Shown one piece after another: positions 38,599-47,979 of a stretch of 64,000 nucleotides of DNA. The DNA is taken from the IMG/VR virus record IMGVR_UViG_3300036770_008730. One strand, 5' to 3'. The position numbers and the translations under genes are program-made. How positions within the stretch are numbered: position 1 is the stretch's first letter; each line of letters starts with the position of its first letter. This stretch comes from a virus (taxonomy: Duplodnaviria > Caudoviricetes). Below the pieces are notes generated by a model. That model ran no database searches and was not told the DNA's origin. It worked only from the letters and a program-made list of their open reading frames with translations.

Positions 38599-40710
38599 AT
38601 GGCTATTTTAGGTGGATCACCACTCGGTCTTATTGGTTCTAGAAGTAGACCAGAAACTTCCGGTAAATCTAGTTTTCCATTTGATGGTGCATCAATAGGG
38701 GTTCAAAGATATAATCAGTCTAATGACGTTTTCAGAACCTATACTCCCAGTAAAACTGTAAAAGATAATAAAGAAGAAAGATTCGAACCAAGCGCCCCAG
38801 GGCCACAAAATAAGTCAAGTATTTCTATATTTTCAAGTACTACTAGACCAAATAGGTTCACACCATTTCCAAATTTTGATAAAAAAGCCGCACCAAAAGA
38901 TGATCTTCCAAATATATCCGAAAATGGACTTTCACCATCAAGATTACATAGAGATGATCTATATGATACAAGTATATTGAATATATTAAATCAACTTAGA
39001 GGAACAAGAGCTGAATTAAGAGCCTCACACTTTGCTTATCTTAAAAATGTTGGTGTTTTTCCAAATAACAGACTCATGATAGCTCGAAGGTTTGAGTCAT
39101 CGGGAGCTTCTGTAACAAATATACTCAGAAAGGGTTCACCTGCTATGTCAGTTATGATTAGTTGGGTTCCACAAGACGCAGACTTTTTTACAATAGGATT
39201 TGGAGAGGAGTGGATGGCTGCTGAAGTTGATTTTACAGCAGTATTGAATGATTTGGGTAATGATTTCACCAAAGCATCAGGATTAGGAGATAAAATGGGT
39301 GGTGGATTAGGAGTAATACCTTTACCTGGATTCACAGAGACAATACAGAGATATGTGTTGGAGAAAATGGGTATAATGAGTGATGGATCATCTTCTTTTA
39401 TACCAGCTGGTGAACCAAATCTTATTAAGGAGGCGAAAAGAAGGAAGACCATTGGGTATAGTGAGGCCGGATCTGGTCTCAAAGCTAGCTTTACAGTTAA
39501 AATGACTTGTGAGTGGGAACAAAAATTTATTTCTGGATTAGATCCAACTATAGTTTGGTTAGATATTGTTCAACAATGTTTGAGATTTGGAACTTCAAAT
39601 AGTGTTACTTATGGTTTGTCCGGTGGATTTGAAGCTAAGATTATGAGATATGTTAATAATCCTATGTTGATGCTTTATGATTTAATAGACGCGATAAAAT
39701 CAGGCATTAATAAAATAAAGGCTGAGATTAAAAAATTATTTGATAAAGCAATTGCTGCAGTTGGTCCAAAACCGGAAACCCCAAAAGAACAACAGGAATC
39801 TAATGCTAAAGCGGAAGCTGAAGCCGAGAAAAAAAGTTTAAACGAAAAAATGGCAGATATTTTTTCTACATTAGAGGCTGGAGCGACAGCATTGTTAAAA
39901 AGAATTATTGGTAAATATAAAGTTAGAATTGAAGGTATATTACATGCACTTGTAGGGTCTCCTTCTGGTCCTTGGCACATAACAATAGGAAATCCTATGA
40001 GGCCGGTCTTTTCTTCAGGTGATATGGTTATTAGTGATATGGTAAATCTTACATTTGGTTCAACTTTAGCATTTAATGATTTGCCATCAACCATAAAAGC
40101 TGAATTCACATTGACTCCTGCGAGAAATCTAGGTCTACAAGAGATTTTTGCCAGATTTAATAGTGGTCATGTCAGATCAGTTCTTGCTTACCCCACTCAA
40201 GCAGAGAAGGAAACCTTCGCAAAGGCACTTGGGATAGATGTTGAAGGTGACTCATATACTCCCGATCCAGATCGATCAAGTCAGGCAAATCAAGATCAAC
40301 AGGAGTCAGCATCTGCTAAACTCAATAAGTCAGTTGATGATAAAATAAATGAATACTATGGAAATCCACCAAAGGATAACCCACCGCCATATTATGGACC
40401 AAGTTCGCAATTGAATTACAGAGATGAGTCTCCTTCGAGAGCAAATGGTCAAAGTTCACCTGATAAAAATACAAATACTAACGTATCAAATAGTCAGGCT
40501 GAAACAACCACAACAACAACCACCGTTGCTCCATCAGCAACAACGACTACTACAACTGTTAATCCAAACTCTCTAAATCCAAAACAAGAAGAGACTAAGA
40601 CAAAGTTTAGTATGGTACAAAACAACACTACCAATTCGGATGCAAATGGACCAACATTCAATGAATCAACTTCTACACTTGGTCCAAAAAAAGCTGATGG
40701 TAGTTTTTAA
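38599..40710 (+). CDS. putative baseplate/tail structural protein
   Basis: First gene of the tail module; TTAATATATA at 38564-38573; Thr/Asn-rich tail. Confidence 0.6.
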   Translation: MAILGGSPLGLIGSRSRPETSGKSSFPFDGASIGVQRYNQSNDVFRTYTPSKTVKDNKEERFEPSAPGPQNKSSISIFSSTTRPNRFTPFPNFDKKAAPKDDLPNISENGLSPSRLHRDDLYDTSILNILNQLRGTRAELRASHFAYLKNVGVFPNNRLMIARRFESSGASVTNILRKGSPAMSVMISWVPQDADFFTIGFGEEWMAAEVDFTAVLNDLGNDFTKASGLGDKMGGGLGVIPLPGFTETIQRYVLEKMGIMSDGSSSFIPAGEPNLIKEAKRRKTIGYSEAGSGLKASFTVKMTCEWEQKFISGLDPTIVWLDIVQQCLRFGTSNSVTYGLSGGFEAKIMRYVNNPMLMLYDLIDAIKSGINKIKAEIKKLFDKAIAAVGPKPETPKEQQESNAKAEAEAEKKSLNEKMADIFSTLEAGATALLKRIIGKYKVRIEGILHALVGSPSGPWHITIGNPMRPVFSSGDMVISDMVNLTFGSTLAFNDLPSTIKAEFTLTPARNLGLQEIFARFNSGHVRSVLAYPTQAEKETFAKALGIDVEGDSYTPDPDRSSQANQDQQESASAKLNKSVDDKINEYYGNPPKDNPPPYYGPSSQLNYRDESPSRANGQSSPDKNTNTNVSNSQAETTTTTTTVAPSATTTTTTVNPNSLNPKQEETKTKFSMVQNNTTNSDANGPTFNESTSTLGPKKADGSF

Positions 40711-40725
40711 AAAAATTAAAAAGTT

Positions 40726-41238
40726 ATGGTAGATATAAAATCAGTATATTTTGGATTCTTTGACAGGAATAGTGGTACACACAAAGGTCAGGAGATGTCA
40801 CCTAGAATAAAACCTACTTTCTCAATAGAAAGTGGTGATTTATGGTTACAGTATAGGGTTTTGGAATGGCAAGAGATGAGAATAGACTTAGTATTAATTT
40901 CTATGTATGGTGAGATTCCTAATGCGATGGATGCTGTAGATATTATTTTAGCAATAAATGGTATTGATAATCCACTGAACATAAAAGCCGGGATGATTCT
41001 TATTTATCCAAATAATATTGATAATATAGATGATTTCAGATATCAAGATCAGTCTATAAAAGAAGAAAGACAGAACCCACTTGAATTGCTTGGTAAGGCA
41101 AACAAAAACACAAGAGTTGATGAAAAGAGAAAAGCATTTGTTCAGAATGGATACTCTTTACCACCAACAGTTAACAAAAATCCAATTAGTCCTGTGAGAG
41201 TAGAGTCTGGAAATTTTATAGCAGGAGGAGTAAAATAA
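40726..41238 (+). CDS. baseplate wedge gp53-like / LysM-type protein
   Basis: RIDLVLISMYG...IILAINGIDNPLNIKAGMILIYP. Confidence 0.7.
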   Translation: MVDIKSVYFGFFDRNSGTHKGQEMSPRIKPTFSIESGDLWLQYRVLEWQEMRIDLVLISMYGEIPNAMDAVDIILAINGIDNPLNIKAGMILIYPNNIDNIDDFRYQDQSIKEERQNPLELLGKANKNTRVDEKRKAFVQNGYSLPPTVNKNPISPVRVESGNFIAGGVK

Positions 41239-41248
41239 TTAAAAATAT

Positions 41249-43294
41249 ATGAGTGATTTTTTTGATTCAATTAAAAATAAAGCTGACCAAGTCAAGGATA
41301 ATTTCTTAGATAAGTTAGGATTGTTAAGAGGTGATTGGCCACAAACATCAGCTCAACCACCATTTGGTAAACCAGGGTTCTTACCACCACAACTTATTAG
41401 TCCAACTTTGAAGATGAAAAAGTCCAAACCGGACAAAAAAGAGGATGAAATCGATGAAGAAGAAACTCCCACTGAGAGAAAAGACGGAGAATATACTTAC
41501 ACCGACTGGTTAGGATACAAGATAACAGAAAATAGCCAATATAAGTTATCTACTCCACTTATGACTAAAGATAGATTTAATCTAAGCGTAAATTTACCAA
41601 AAGACAGAGACGCTAGAAAAACTGATCCATATTCAATAAGAGATACTTTAATTTTATACAACGATTCCACACAGGATTATTTTAAACACAGTTTACAAGT
41701 TATAAATAATCTCAATAGTGATTTTCCAGAGACACAACCACTTCGAAAAGGAGAGGGTTCTACATCTAGGTTGTATAATTTTATGAACAATGTTAAAACC
41801 ACACCTTATGAAAATAACGATCCTGTTATGTTTGGTTTTGAAATAATAATAGATGCGGTTAGTTCACCTTTACTAAATGGTTCTATTTATGACTTTTTAG
41901 ATACCTTTAGTAATGAAATTCAGGAGGTAAAAGCTAGATATGAAGTCTATGAAGACTTTAAAAATCAATTTAAGAAACTATTTAAAACTAGAGGAACGGT
42001 CAGAGTGGATGAATCATTGACTAAAATGACTAATTTAGGATCTAATCCAGCAACCATTGATTCTAAGCAAAACTTTTTTAATCCCGGTAGAAGAGCTTAC
42101 ATGGCTTATTTTCTAAAGAAAGTTGAGGGATTGTCAAATCTATCTGAAAAAAATACACCAGGTACAAAAAAATTTATTACCGATTATGGTAAAGATATAA
42201 TTAAATTAGAATTTTATGAAGATGTTTCTTTGACATTAGGAACACTTGCTCATCTTTATAAACTACTTTATTGGTCCAAACCAAATGGAAAGGGAATAAT
42301 ACCAGAAAATTTATTGAGGTTTAATTGTGATATAATCGTCTCTGAATGTAGAAATCTAAACAGAGTTAGAAGGGCAGCTGATACCGGAAATCTTGAGATT
42401 GTTAAGGATAATGTTTCTAGATATGTATACTCACTTAGAGAGTGTCAGTTTTACTTCGATGCATATACTCACCCAGATTCAATTGATAACTCCAATATAA
42501 CTACGACAGAGGCATATACTTGTCAATTTGATTATAAATATAGCTCTGTAAAATTTGAGAGATGGACACCAAGTTCGGATAATTTTGGAAAATATGTTGG
42601 ATATCACAACGGCGCCATTTGGAAAATTGGAAATACAAACACAAGGGGAGCATCATATTCACAATCGGTTCCAAAGTTTTTGACCGTTGGTGAAAATATT
42701 TTTTTTCAAAATGGTGTTACTAAACCCTTTGTTCTTAAAGATGATTTTAGTATTGTTGGTAAACAAGATGAAATTGCAAACCCACAGGATCCGTCTTTGC
42801 CACAGGATAGTCTTGCAGATAGAGCAGGCCAACAGTTAAAAAACTTTGCAAAGAGGTCAGGAGATAAAGCTAAAGGACTAGCAAAGCAAGCTGGTAATAG
42901 ACTTGTAGCATCAGCGGTGAAAGAAGCTCAAAGTTTTGTAAACACGAAGGTTGCTTTATTGAACAGTAGTATAAATAAAATCTTAAATGGTATAGGTATA
43001 GATGGATTAAATCAACCAAGAAATATTTATACTGGTCAAAACTTAGATTTAAGAGGTAGACTTTTTTATGATGTTAGAGGAGAGATGTTGAATTTTGTTG
43101 GTGGTGTGTTAGGTAATCAGGTATTGGGCGCGGGTGCTGGAGTTGGTGGTACAATAGTAGTTCCTCCTAAACCACCAAAATATAATCCATTTACTCAAGA
43201 TAATAGAACCGCTCAACAATTATATGGAACATCAGACTTTACAAAGATTCAATTTCCATATTATGCACAAAGATTCCCACCTCCTATTACATAG
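41249..43294 (+). CDS. putative tail/baseplate structural protein
   Basis: 681 aa between gp53-like and gp5-like genes. Confidence 0.55.
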   Translation: MSDFFDSIKNKADQVKDNFLDKLGLLRGDWPQTSAQPPFGKPGFLPPQLISPTLKMKKSKPDKKEDEIDEEETPTERKDGEYTYTDWLGYKITENSQYKLSTPLMTKDRFNLSVNLPKDRDARKTDPYSIRDTLILYNDSTQDYFKHSLQVINNLNSDFPETQPLRKGEGSTSRLYNFMNNVKTTPYENNDPVMFGFEIIIDAVSSPLLNGSIYDFLDTFSNEIQEVKARYEVYEDFKNQFKKLFKTRGTVRVDESLTKMTNLGSNPATIDSKQNFFNPGRRAYMAYFLKKVEGLSNLSEKNTPGTKKFITDYGKDIIKLEFYEDVSLTLGTLAHLYKLLYWSKPNGKGIIPENLLRFNCDIIVSECRNLNRVRRAADTGNLEIVKDNVSRYVYSLRECQFYFDAYTHPDSIDNSNITTTEAYTCQFDYKYSSVKFERWTPSSDNFGKYVGYHNGAIWKIGNTNTRGASYSQSVPKFLTVGENIFFQNGVTKPFVLKDDFSIVGKQDEIANPQDPSLPQDSLADRAGQQLKNFAKRSGDKAKGLAKQAGNRLVASAVKEAQSFVNTKVALLNSSINKILNGIGIDGLNQPRNIYTGQNLDLRGRLFYDVRGEMLNFVGGVLGNQVLGAGAGVGGTIVVPPKPPKYNPFTQDNRTAQQLYGTSDFTKIQFPYYAQRFPPPIT

Positions 43295-43353
43295 TCAACA
43301 TTTTTTTCAAGACTTAGTATAACTTAATATATATACAAAGATTTGAAAATTTT

Positions 43354-45210
43354 ATGATTAAAGTCGAAGAGGGAAAAAGTTATGTTGGTGTTGTAGAGGA
43401 TAATAATGATCCAAAAAAAATCGGCCGCGTCAAAGTTCGAGTTATGAATGTCTTTGATGATTTGGAAGCCGAGGATATACCTTGGGCTAGACCTTGGAAA
43501 GATTTGGGTGGTAATTCTTTTAACCTACCCGATAAAGGAAAAGTGGTTACTGTAGTTTTCGAAAGTGCAAATATTTATAAACCAGAATATATATGCTCAG
43601 ACCATTTCAACATAAACCTCGAAAAGAAATTATCCCAATTAGGTGAAGCTGATTATTTAAGCATGAAGGCTTTAATTTTCGACCACAAGACTCAAATTTA
43701 TGTAAATGAAGGTGAGGGTCTAAAGCTTGATCACAAATTCAACATGATTAATATTAAAGACAAAAGTATAAATGTTAATCTCAAAGATAATTTTGGAAAG
43801 ATAAATTTAGGAACAGCTAACTCAACACAAAGGGCTATTTTAGGTGATAATTTTTTAAACTGGTTTGATGATTTTGTTAAAATTTTACTTGGAGACCAAG
43901 GAGGTCCATTTCTTGGAAATCTCGGTGCTCCTGTTATCGCAACACCAGCATTGATGTCAAATTTACAAATTTATCAACAAAAGAAAATACCTAAATTTCT
44001 TTCTAAAAACGTTTATATTGTTGATAATGAAGATGTTGCAAAATTAGATAGAATAGCCGAAGGTCAAAAAGGAGACACTTGGAAATCTACAGTAAAAGAA
44101 AATGAATTAACAAAGAATGAACCAGTTAACTACAAAGCAACTCCTGGATCTTCAGCAACTCAGTTTGATAAACCGGCTGAAAATGCACCCACACAGTCCA
44201 GTGCTGACCAAGCTGTTTCTCAAAATCCAGCTCTGAATCCGGATTCTACTAGTCCTAATCAATCTGTTAATCCAGCTGATATAAATAACGGAGCACCACC
44301 AAAACCTGAGCCACATCCAGATGTAGATGTTCTAATTCAGTTAATGAATGATAAAGGTTATACAATTTTCACCGAACCTTATAAGCTGAATATAGTTGCT
44401 ATCAGAAATCAATGTTTGAGGGTCAATGATGTATATACTGATGATTTTGTTGATGATTTATATGTTATGTGGAAAGATGATGCTAACAACTGGGAGTTAA
44501 GAAAATATAAGATATCAACAACACCAGGCGTGGAATTTGTTATAACTGATTCTTGGATTCGAGATAGAAAAGCTTTGAATAAGGTTGATTTTTGGCAGTC
44601 GGTTAAAGGTCAAAAATCCACTATAAAGGATTATTACAAAATCGAGACCGTTGATAATTTTGCACCAAATGGTGAAAATGGATTAACAATATTAGCACCC
44701 TCTCAATATATTGATGTTTTCATATTATCAACATTCCGTGGTGATCAGGCTTTATTAACACATGGAGACTCTCTACAGGCTGTTTATATTGATAATGATT
44801 ATACACTACCTTTTAACTTTAAGCCTTCTAATTTTACATCACCAAAAACCGTAAATCTACAAGGTAAAGGTGATTTCAAAATCGGATTACACAAGGGATA
44901 TCCAGGTGGGAAAAAAGTTGGAGACTGGTCAGAGGGTTCTCATTGTTTCCAGGATGCAAATGCACTTGATGATTTCTTTTCATTGTGTTCAAAGCATGTT
45001 GAAAGACATAAAAATCCAACAACTGGAAATGTCTTTTTCAGTTACACCTTAGCTTTGAAAGGTGATTGGGATCAAGCTCTTAGAGATAATGAAATTGATA
45101 AGCAAGATCAATCAAGTCCTTTACCACCAGCAACTCCTACACAGTTACCATCCACTGAACAATCTGCGACTCAATCAGTAATTGCCACTCAATCATCCGT
45201 AAATAATTAA
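43354..45210 (+). CDS. gp5-like baseplate hub/spike protein with C-terminal cell-wall-enzyme-like domain
   Basis: YVGVVEDNNDPKKIGRVKVRV...PWA...LPDKGKVVTVVFE OB-fold; C-terminal LNIVAIRN...STTPG...LHKG...WSEG. Confidence 0.8.
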   Translation: MIKVEEGKSYVGVVEDNNDPKKIGRVKVRVMNVFDDLEAEDIPWARPWKDLGGNSFNLPDKGKVVTVVFESANIYKPEYICSDHFNINLEKKLSQLGEADYLSMKALIFDHKTQIYVNEGEGLKLDHKFNMINIKDKSINVNLKDNFGKINLGTANSTQRAILGDNFLNWFDDFVKILLGDQGGPFLGNLGAPVIATPALMSNLQIYQQKKIPKFLSKNVYIVDNEDVAKLDRIAEGQKGDTWKSTVKENELTKNEPVNYKATPGSSATQFDKPAENAPTQSSADQAVSQNPALNPDSTSPNQSVNPADINNGAPPKPEPHPDVDVLIQLMNDKGYTIFTEPYKLNIVAIRNQCLRVNDVYTDDFVDDLYVMWKDDANNWELRKYKISTTPGVEFVITDSWIRDRKALNKVDFWQSVKGQKSTIKDYYKIETVDNFAPNGENGLTILAPSQYIDVFILSTFRGDQALLTHGDSLQAVYIDNDYTLPFNFKPSNFTSPKTVNLQGKGDFKIGLHKGYPGGKKVGDWSEGSHCFQDANALDDFFSLCSKHVERHKNPTTGNVFFSYTLALKGDWDQALRDNEIDKQDQSSPLPPATPTQLPSTEQSATQSVIATQSSVNN

Positions 45211-45288
45211 TTTATTTTTAAGGTATTAAAATGATTAAATTTATTATTAAAAATTAATATATACCTTAACAAAAAATATTATAATATT

Positions 45289-45528
45289 ATGAATTATCCA
45301 AAATATCCAGTATCAATTTACTATTATAAAAGATACATGAGTGGTCAAACAGAGGTTAGTATTTCCGGGGTTACTCAATCAATGCCTACTTATTCTGGTG
45401 GGTTTTATGTAGCGCAAATGGCTTATGCAAATATTTTAGCGACTGGGTCTACTTATGAGATTTGTCTGGATAACCTTCTTGCAATTGCGACTGCAAGCAC
45501 TACTCCAGATCCAGGAATTGTTATTTAA
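45289..45528 (+). CDS. small late hypothetical protein
   Basis: TTAATATATA at 45254-45263. Confidence 0.55.
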   Translation: MNYPKYPVSIYYYKRYMSGQTEVSISGVTQSMPTYSGGFYVAQMAYANILATGSTYEICLDNLLAIATASTTPDPGIVI

Positions 45529-45531
45529 TCA

Positions 45532-47973
45532 TCACACTAGATATTCATTTGGTCTACTAGGTTCAACCTTCCAAAAAGACCCTTTTAGGTCTGATACATT
45601 TTTAACGTAAACTACTCTTGTAGCATCACTGTTTCCCGGATCGTTTATTATTATAACATCCTCTCCATTGATGGTTGCCTTACCTGCAATAACCATGTAG
45701 TGACCTGGATAAGTCTTTAATACTCCTTTTCCATTAAGACCTCCTGAATTTTTAACACACCAAAGCACCGGTCTATTTGAATTAATTTGTTCTGATATTT
45801 CTTTATCTTTCTCTTTAATATCAGTCAACGAAAGTCCACATGTTTCTAAAAGAGTTTTTCTCAGATTCTTTGAATAAGATGTTCCTGAACAAGCGGCCTC
45901 GGAAGTATTCTTGAATGTCGTAGGAAAGCTACCAGGTCTACCTGAATTTTCACAAGCTAACTTGGCCATTTTAATAGGATTCGTATAGAATGCCTTTGAT
46001 TGATCTTTCTTCATTTTTCCCCAATAATTAACAACCATTGATAAGCTCGTAATACCACATCCGCCCGCATTTATAGTAGAGTATCCTAAATCACCACATC
46101 CTTTATATTTAGTTAACTTATGCCATTCATAGTGTGTCTGAACTTCAAAATCTTGAACAGTGCCATTTATATTAACCTTACCTTTAGCGGGTCCAAATTT
46201 ATTATTTGACCAACCAGTCTTTAAGTCTTCCTGATCCATTTTGTAAGTTGTATCTCTTGGTGAAGTACTTCCATTTCTCACCGGGAATGTCTTACTGAAT
46301 TTAGGATCCTCAACAAAAACAGTCTTGCCATCTTTAGTTGTCACTAAACCATATATTTGACCTCCCCATCTACTATCCCACTGACCATAATAAGGAACTT
46401 TTGTCAAATCAGAATATTTATCAACAGAATTCGGTGGTAACCCAGAGACTGAATAGGACCTATTATCAGAAACCTCTACTACTGTTTTAGGTGTTTCTTT
46501 TGCTTCGTTAGTCGTATTTGTTTGACTATTTGGTGTAATAATTTCTTTATCACTTACAACTTTCGATGGAGGTGTCGTTGTATTATCTTTTACTTGATTT
46601 GATTCTGCAAATTGTTGAAGTTTAGCATTTTCTTCCTCGTCTCTTATATGGTCATTTGCTTGAAATTGATTAAGTTCAATTTCGACATATTCATCACTTA
46701 ATGCCTCTTCATCCAAATCGATTTCCTCTTGTCTGTATTTTGGTTGACTTTGTTGAGGAACATTATTAGTATTGGGCACCACAAATAACTCCAAAGCGGG
46801 TTCTTTTCTAAAGAATGTTTTTTCATCTTCAACATTGAATATGAATTTTGGCTCATCAGCTGCTGGTGCTATTTCCGGTAGAGATTGAGTAGCTGTTACT
46901 GATTGAGTGACTGAGTCTGTTGTCTTTGGCTCTTCTTTTTTAAATGGAAAGGTTACATATTCGTAGTTGTCTCCTGCTTGAATGAATGCTTTATAAAGAC
47001 TAATAACTTCCCAATTTCCATAAAAATAGGTTTCATCTTTACTTAATTGACCTCTTGTTCTTTGAAATTTTGGATTATTTTTCAAATCTTCTAAATTACC
47101 ACTTAGGTAAAGAGTTTTCAGTGATTGAAAAGGTACATTATTCGGAACAGGAGGATCTCCCGAAATTTGATAGTTATTTTGAAATCCAATTGTTGCGATA
47201 AATCTCATATCAGTATAGTATGGATTTTCCATTTTACTTTCACAGATATTGTTGAAAACCGAATATCCAGCCTGACCATCATCAGCTCCATATCCTTTTG
47301 CTTTGAACGGAGAATCTTTTATAATAATATTACCATCGGGTGTAAAAGAAGAAATAGAAAAAGTAAAAGTTTCTTTCCCCTCTCTAAGTGCTCTTAGATA
47401 GTCCAATCCAAAATCATATTCTTCTTCTTTTTTGATGTATTTTTTCATTTCATCATGAAAATATTCAAAATAGTAAAGACCTGGTGACCAAAGATTAGGA
47501 TTTTTACCCTGTGGAGTTTTCAAAGCTAATTTTTTATTTAAACTTTTAACTCTATTTAGACCTTCCAAAATCTTACTTTTTAATGGTTTGAGATCTTGTT
47601 TTGGTATCATTGTGTCTCCGTTAATATCTTTGTTGAATTGTGATACTATCTCCGCGGATGCTGAGTCAACCTGACCTGAAAAATATTTAACCTTTGGGCT
47701 AAGGTCATCGCCTGTATCAAGATTGTAAGAATATTTATAGAGATCTCCTATTGTTTTGACAGAGGTATTACCTTCTGGAAATGAACATTGTTTCAACTGA
47801 GTAATATTAGAAACAGATGCCAATATTAATTTAGCATCATTTACCTCTACCTTTAATTCTTCTATTACTTTATCAAATTCTTTATTGAATGCTTCAACAA
47901 AAGCTAGAATATCACCAGTTGGTGCTTTAGCGGTTGATGATGTTGTTTCAGATGATGTTGATGCCGTTGCCAT
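45532..47973 (-). CDS. large protein with C-terminal C39-like cysteine peptidase domain
   Basis: PYYGQWD, GGCGITSLSM (Cys), GHYMV (His), INDPG (Asp). Confidence 0.75.
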   Translation of the reverse strand: MATASTSSETTSSTAKAPTGDILAFVEAFNKEFDKVIEELKVEVNDAKLILASVSNITQLKQCSFPEGNTSVKTIGDLYKYSYNLDTGDDLSPKVKYFSGQVDSASAEIVSQFNKDINGDTMIPKQDLKPLKSKILEGLNRVKSLNKKLALKTPQGKNPNLWSPGLYYFEYFHDEMKKYIKKEEEYDFGLDYLRALREGKETFTFSISSFTPDGNIIIKDSPFKAKGYGADDGQAGYSVFNNICESKMENPYYTDMRFIATIGFQNNYQISGDPPVPNNVPFQSLKTLYLSGNLEDLKNNPKFQRTRGQLSKDETYFYGNWEVISLYKAFIQAGDNYEYVTFPFKKEEPKTTDSVTQSVTATQSLPEIAPAADEPKFIFNVEDEKTFFRKEPALELFVVPNTNNVPQQSQPKYRQEEIDLDEEALSDEYVEIELNQFQANDHIRDEEENAKLQQFAESNQVKDNTTTPPSKVVSDKEIITPNSQTNTTNEAKETPKTVVEVSDNRSYSVSGLPPNSVDKYSDLTKVPYYGQWDSRWGGQIYGLVTTKDGKTVFVEDPKFSKTFPVRNGSTSPRDTTYKMDQEDLKTGWSNNKFGPAKGKVNINGTVQDFEVQTHYEWHKLTKYKGCGDLGYSTINAGGCGITSLSMVVNYWGKMKKDQSKAFYTNPIKMAKLACENSGRPGSFPTTFKNTSEAACSGTSYSKNLRKTLLETCGLSLTDIKEKDKEISEQINSNRPVLWCVKNSGGLNGKGVLKTYPGHYMVIAGKATINGEDVIIINDPGNSDATRVVYVKNVSDLKGSFWKVEPSRPNEYLV

Positions 47974-47979
47974 TATAAT

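Noticed and set aside
39036-40109. Minus-strand ORFs of 148 and 144 aa inside the 703-aa gene, and similar nested ORFs elsewhere in the track
   Set aside because: Fully nested antisense frames with no motifs or expression signals.
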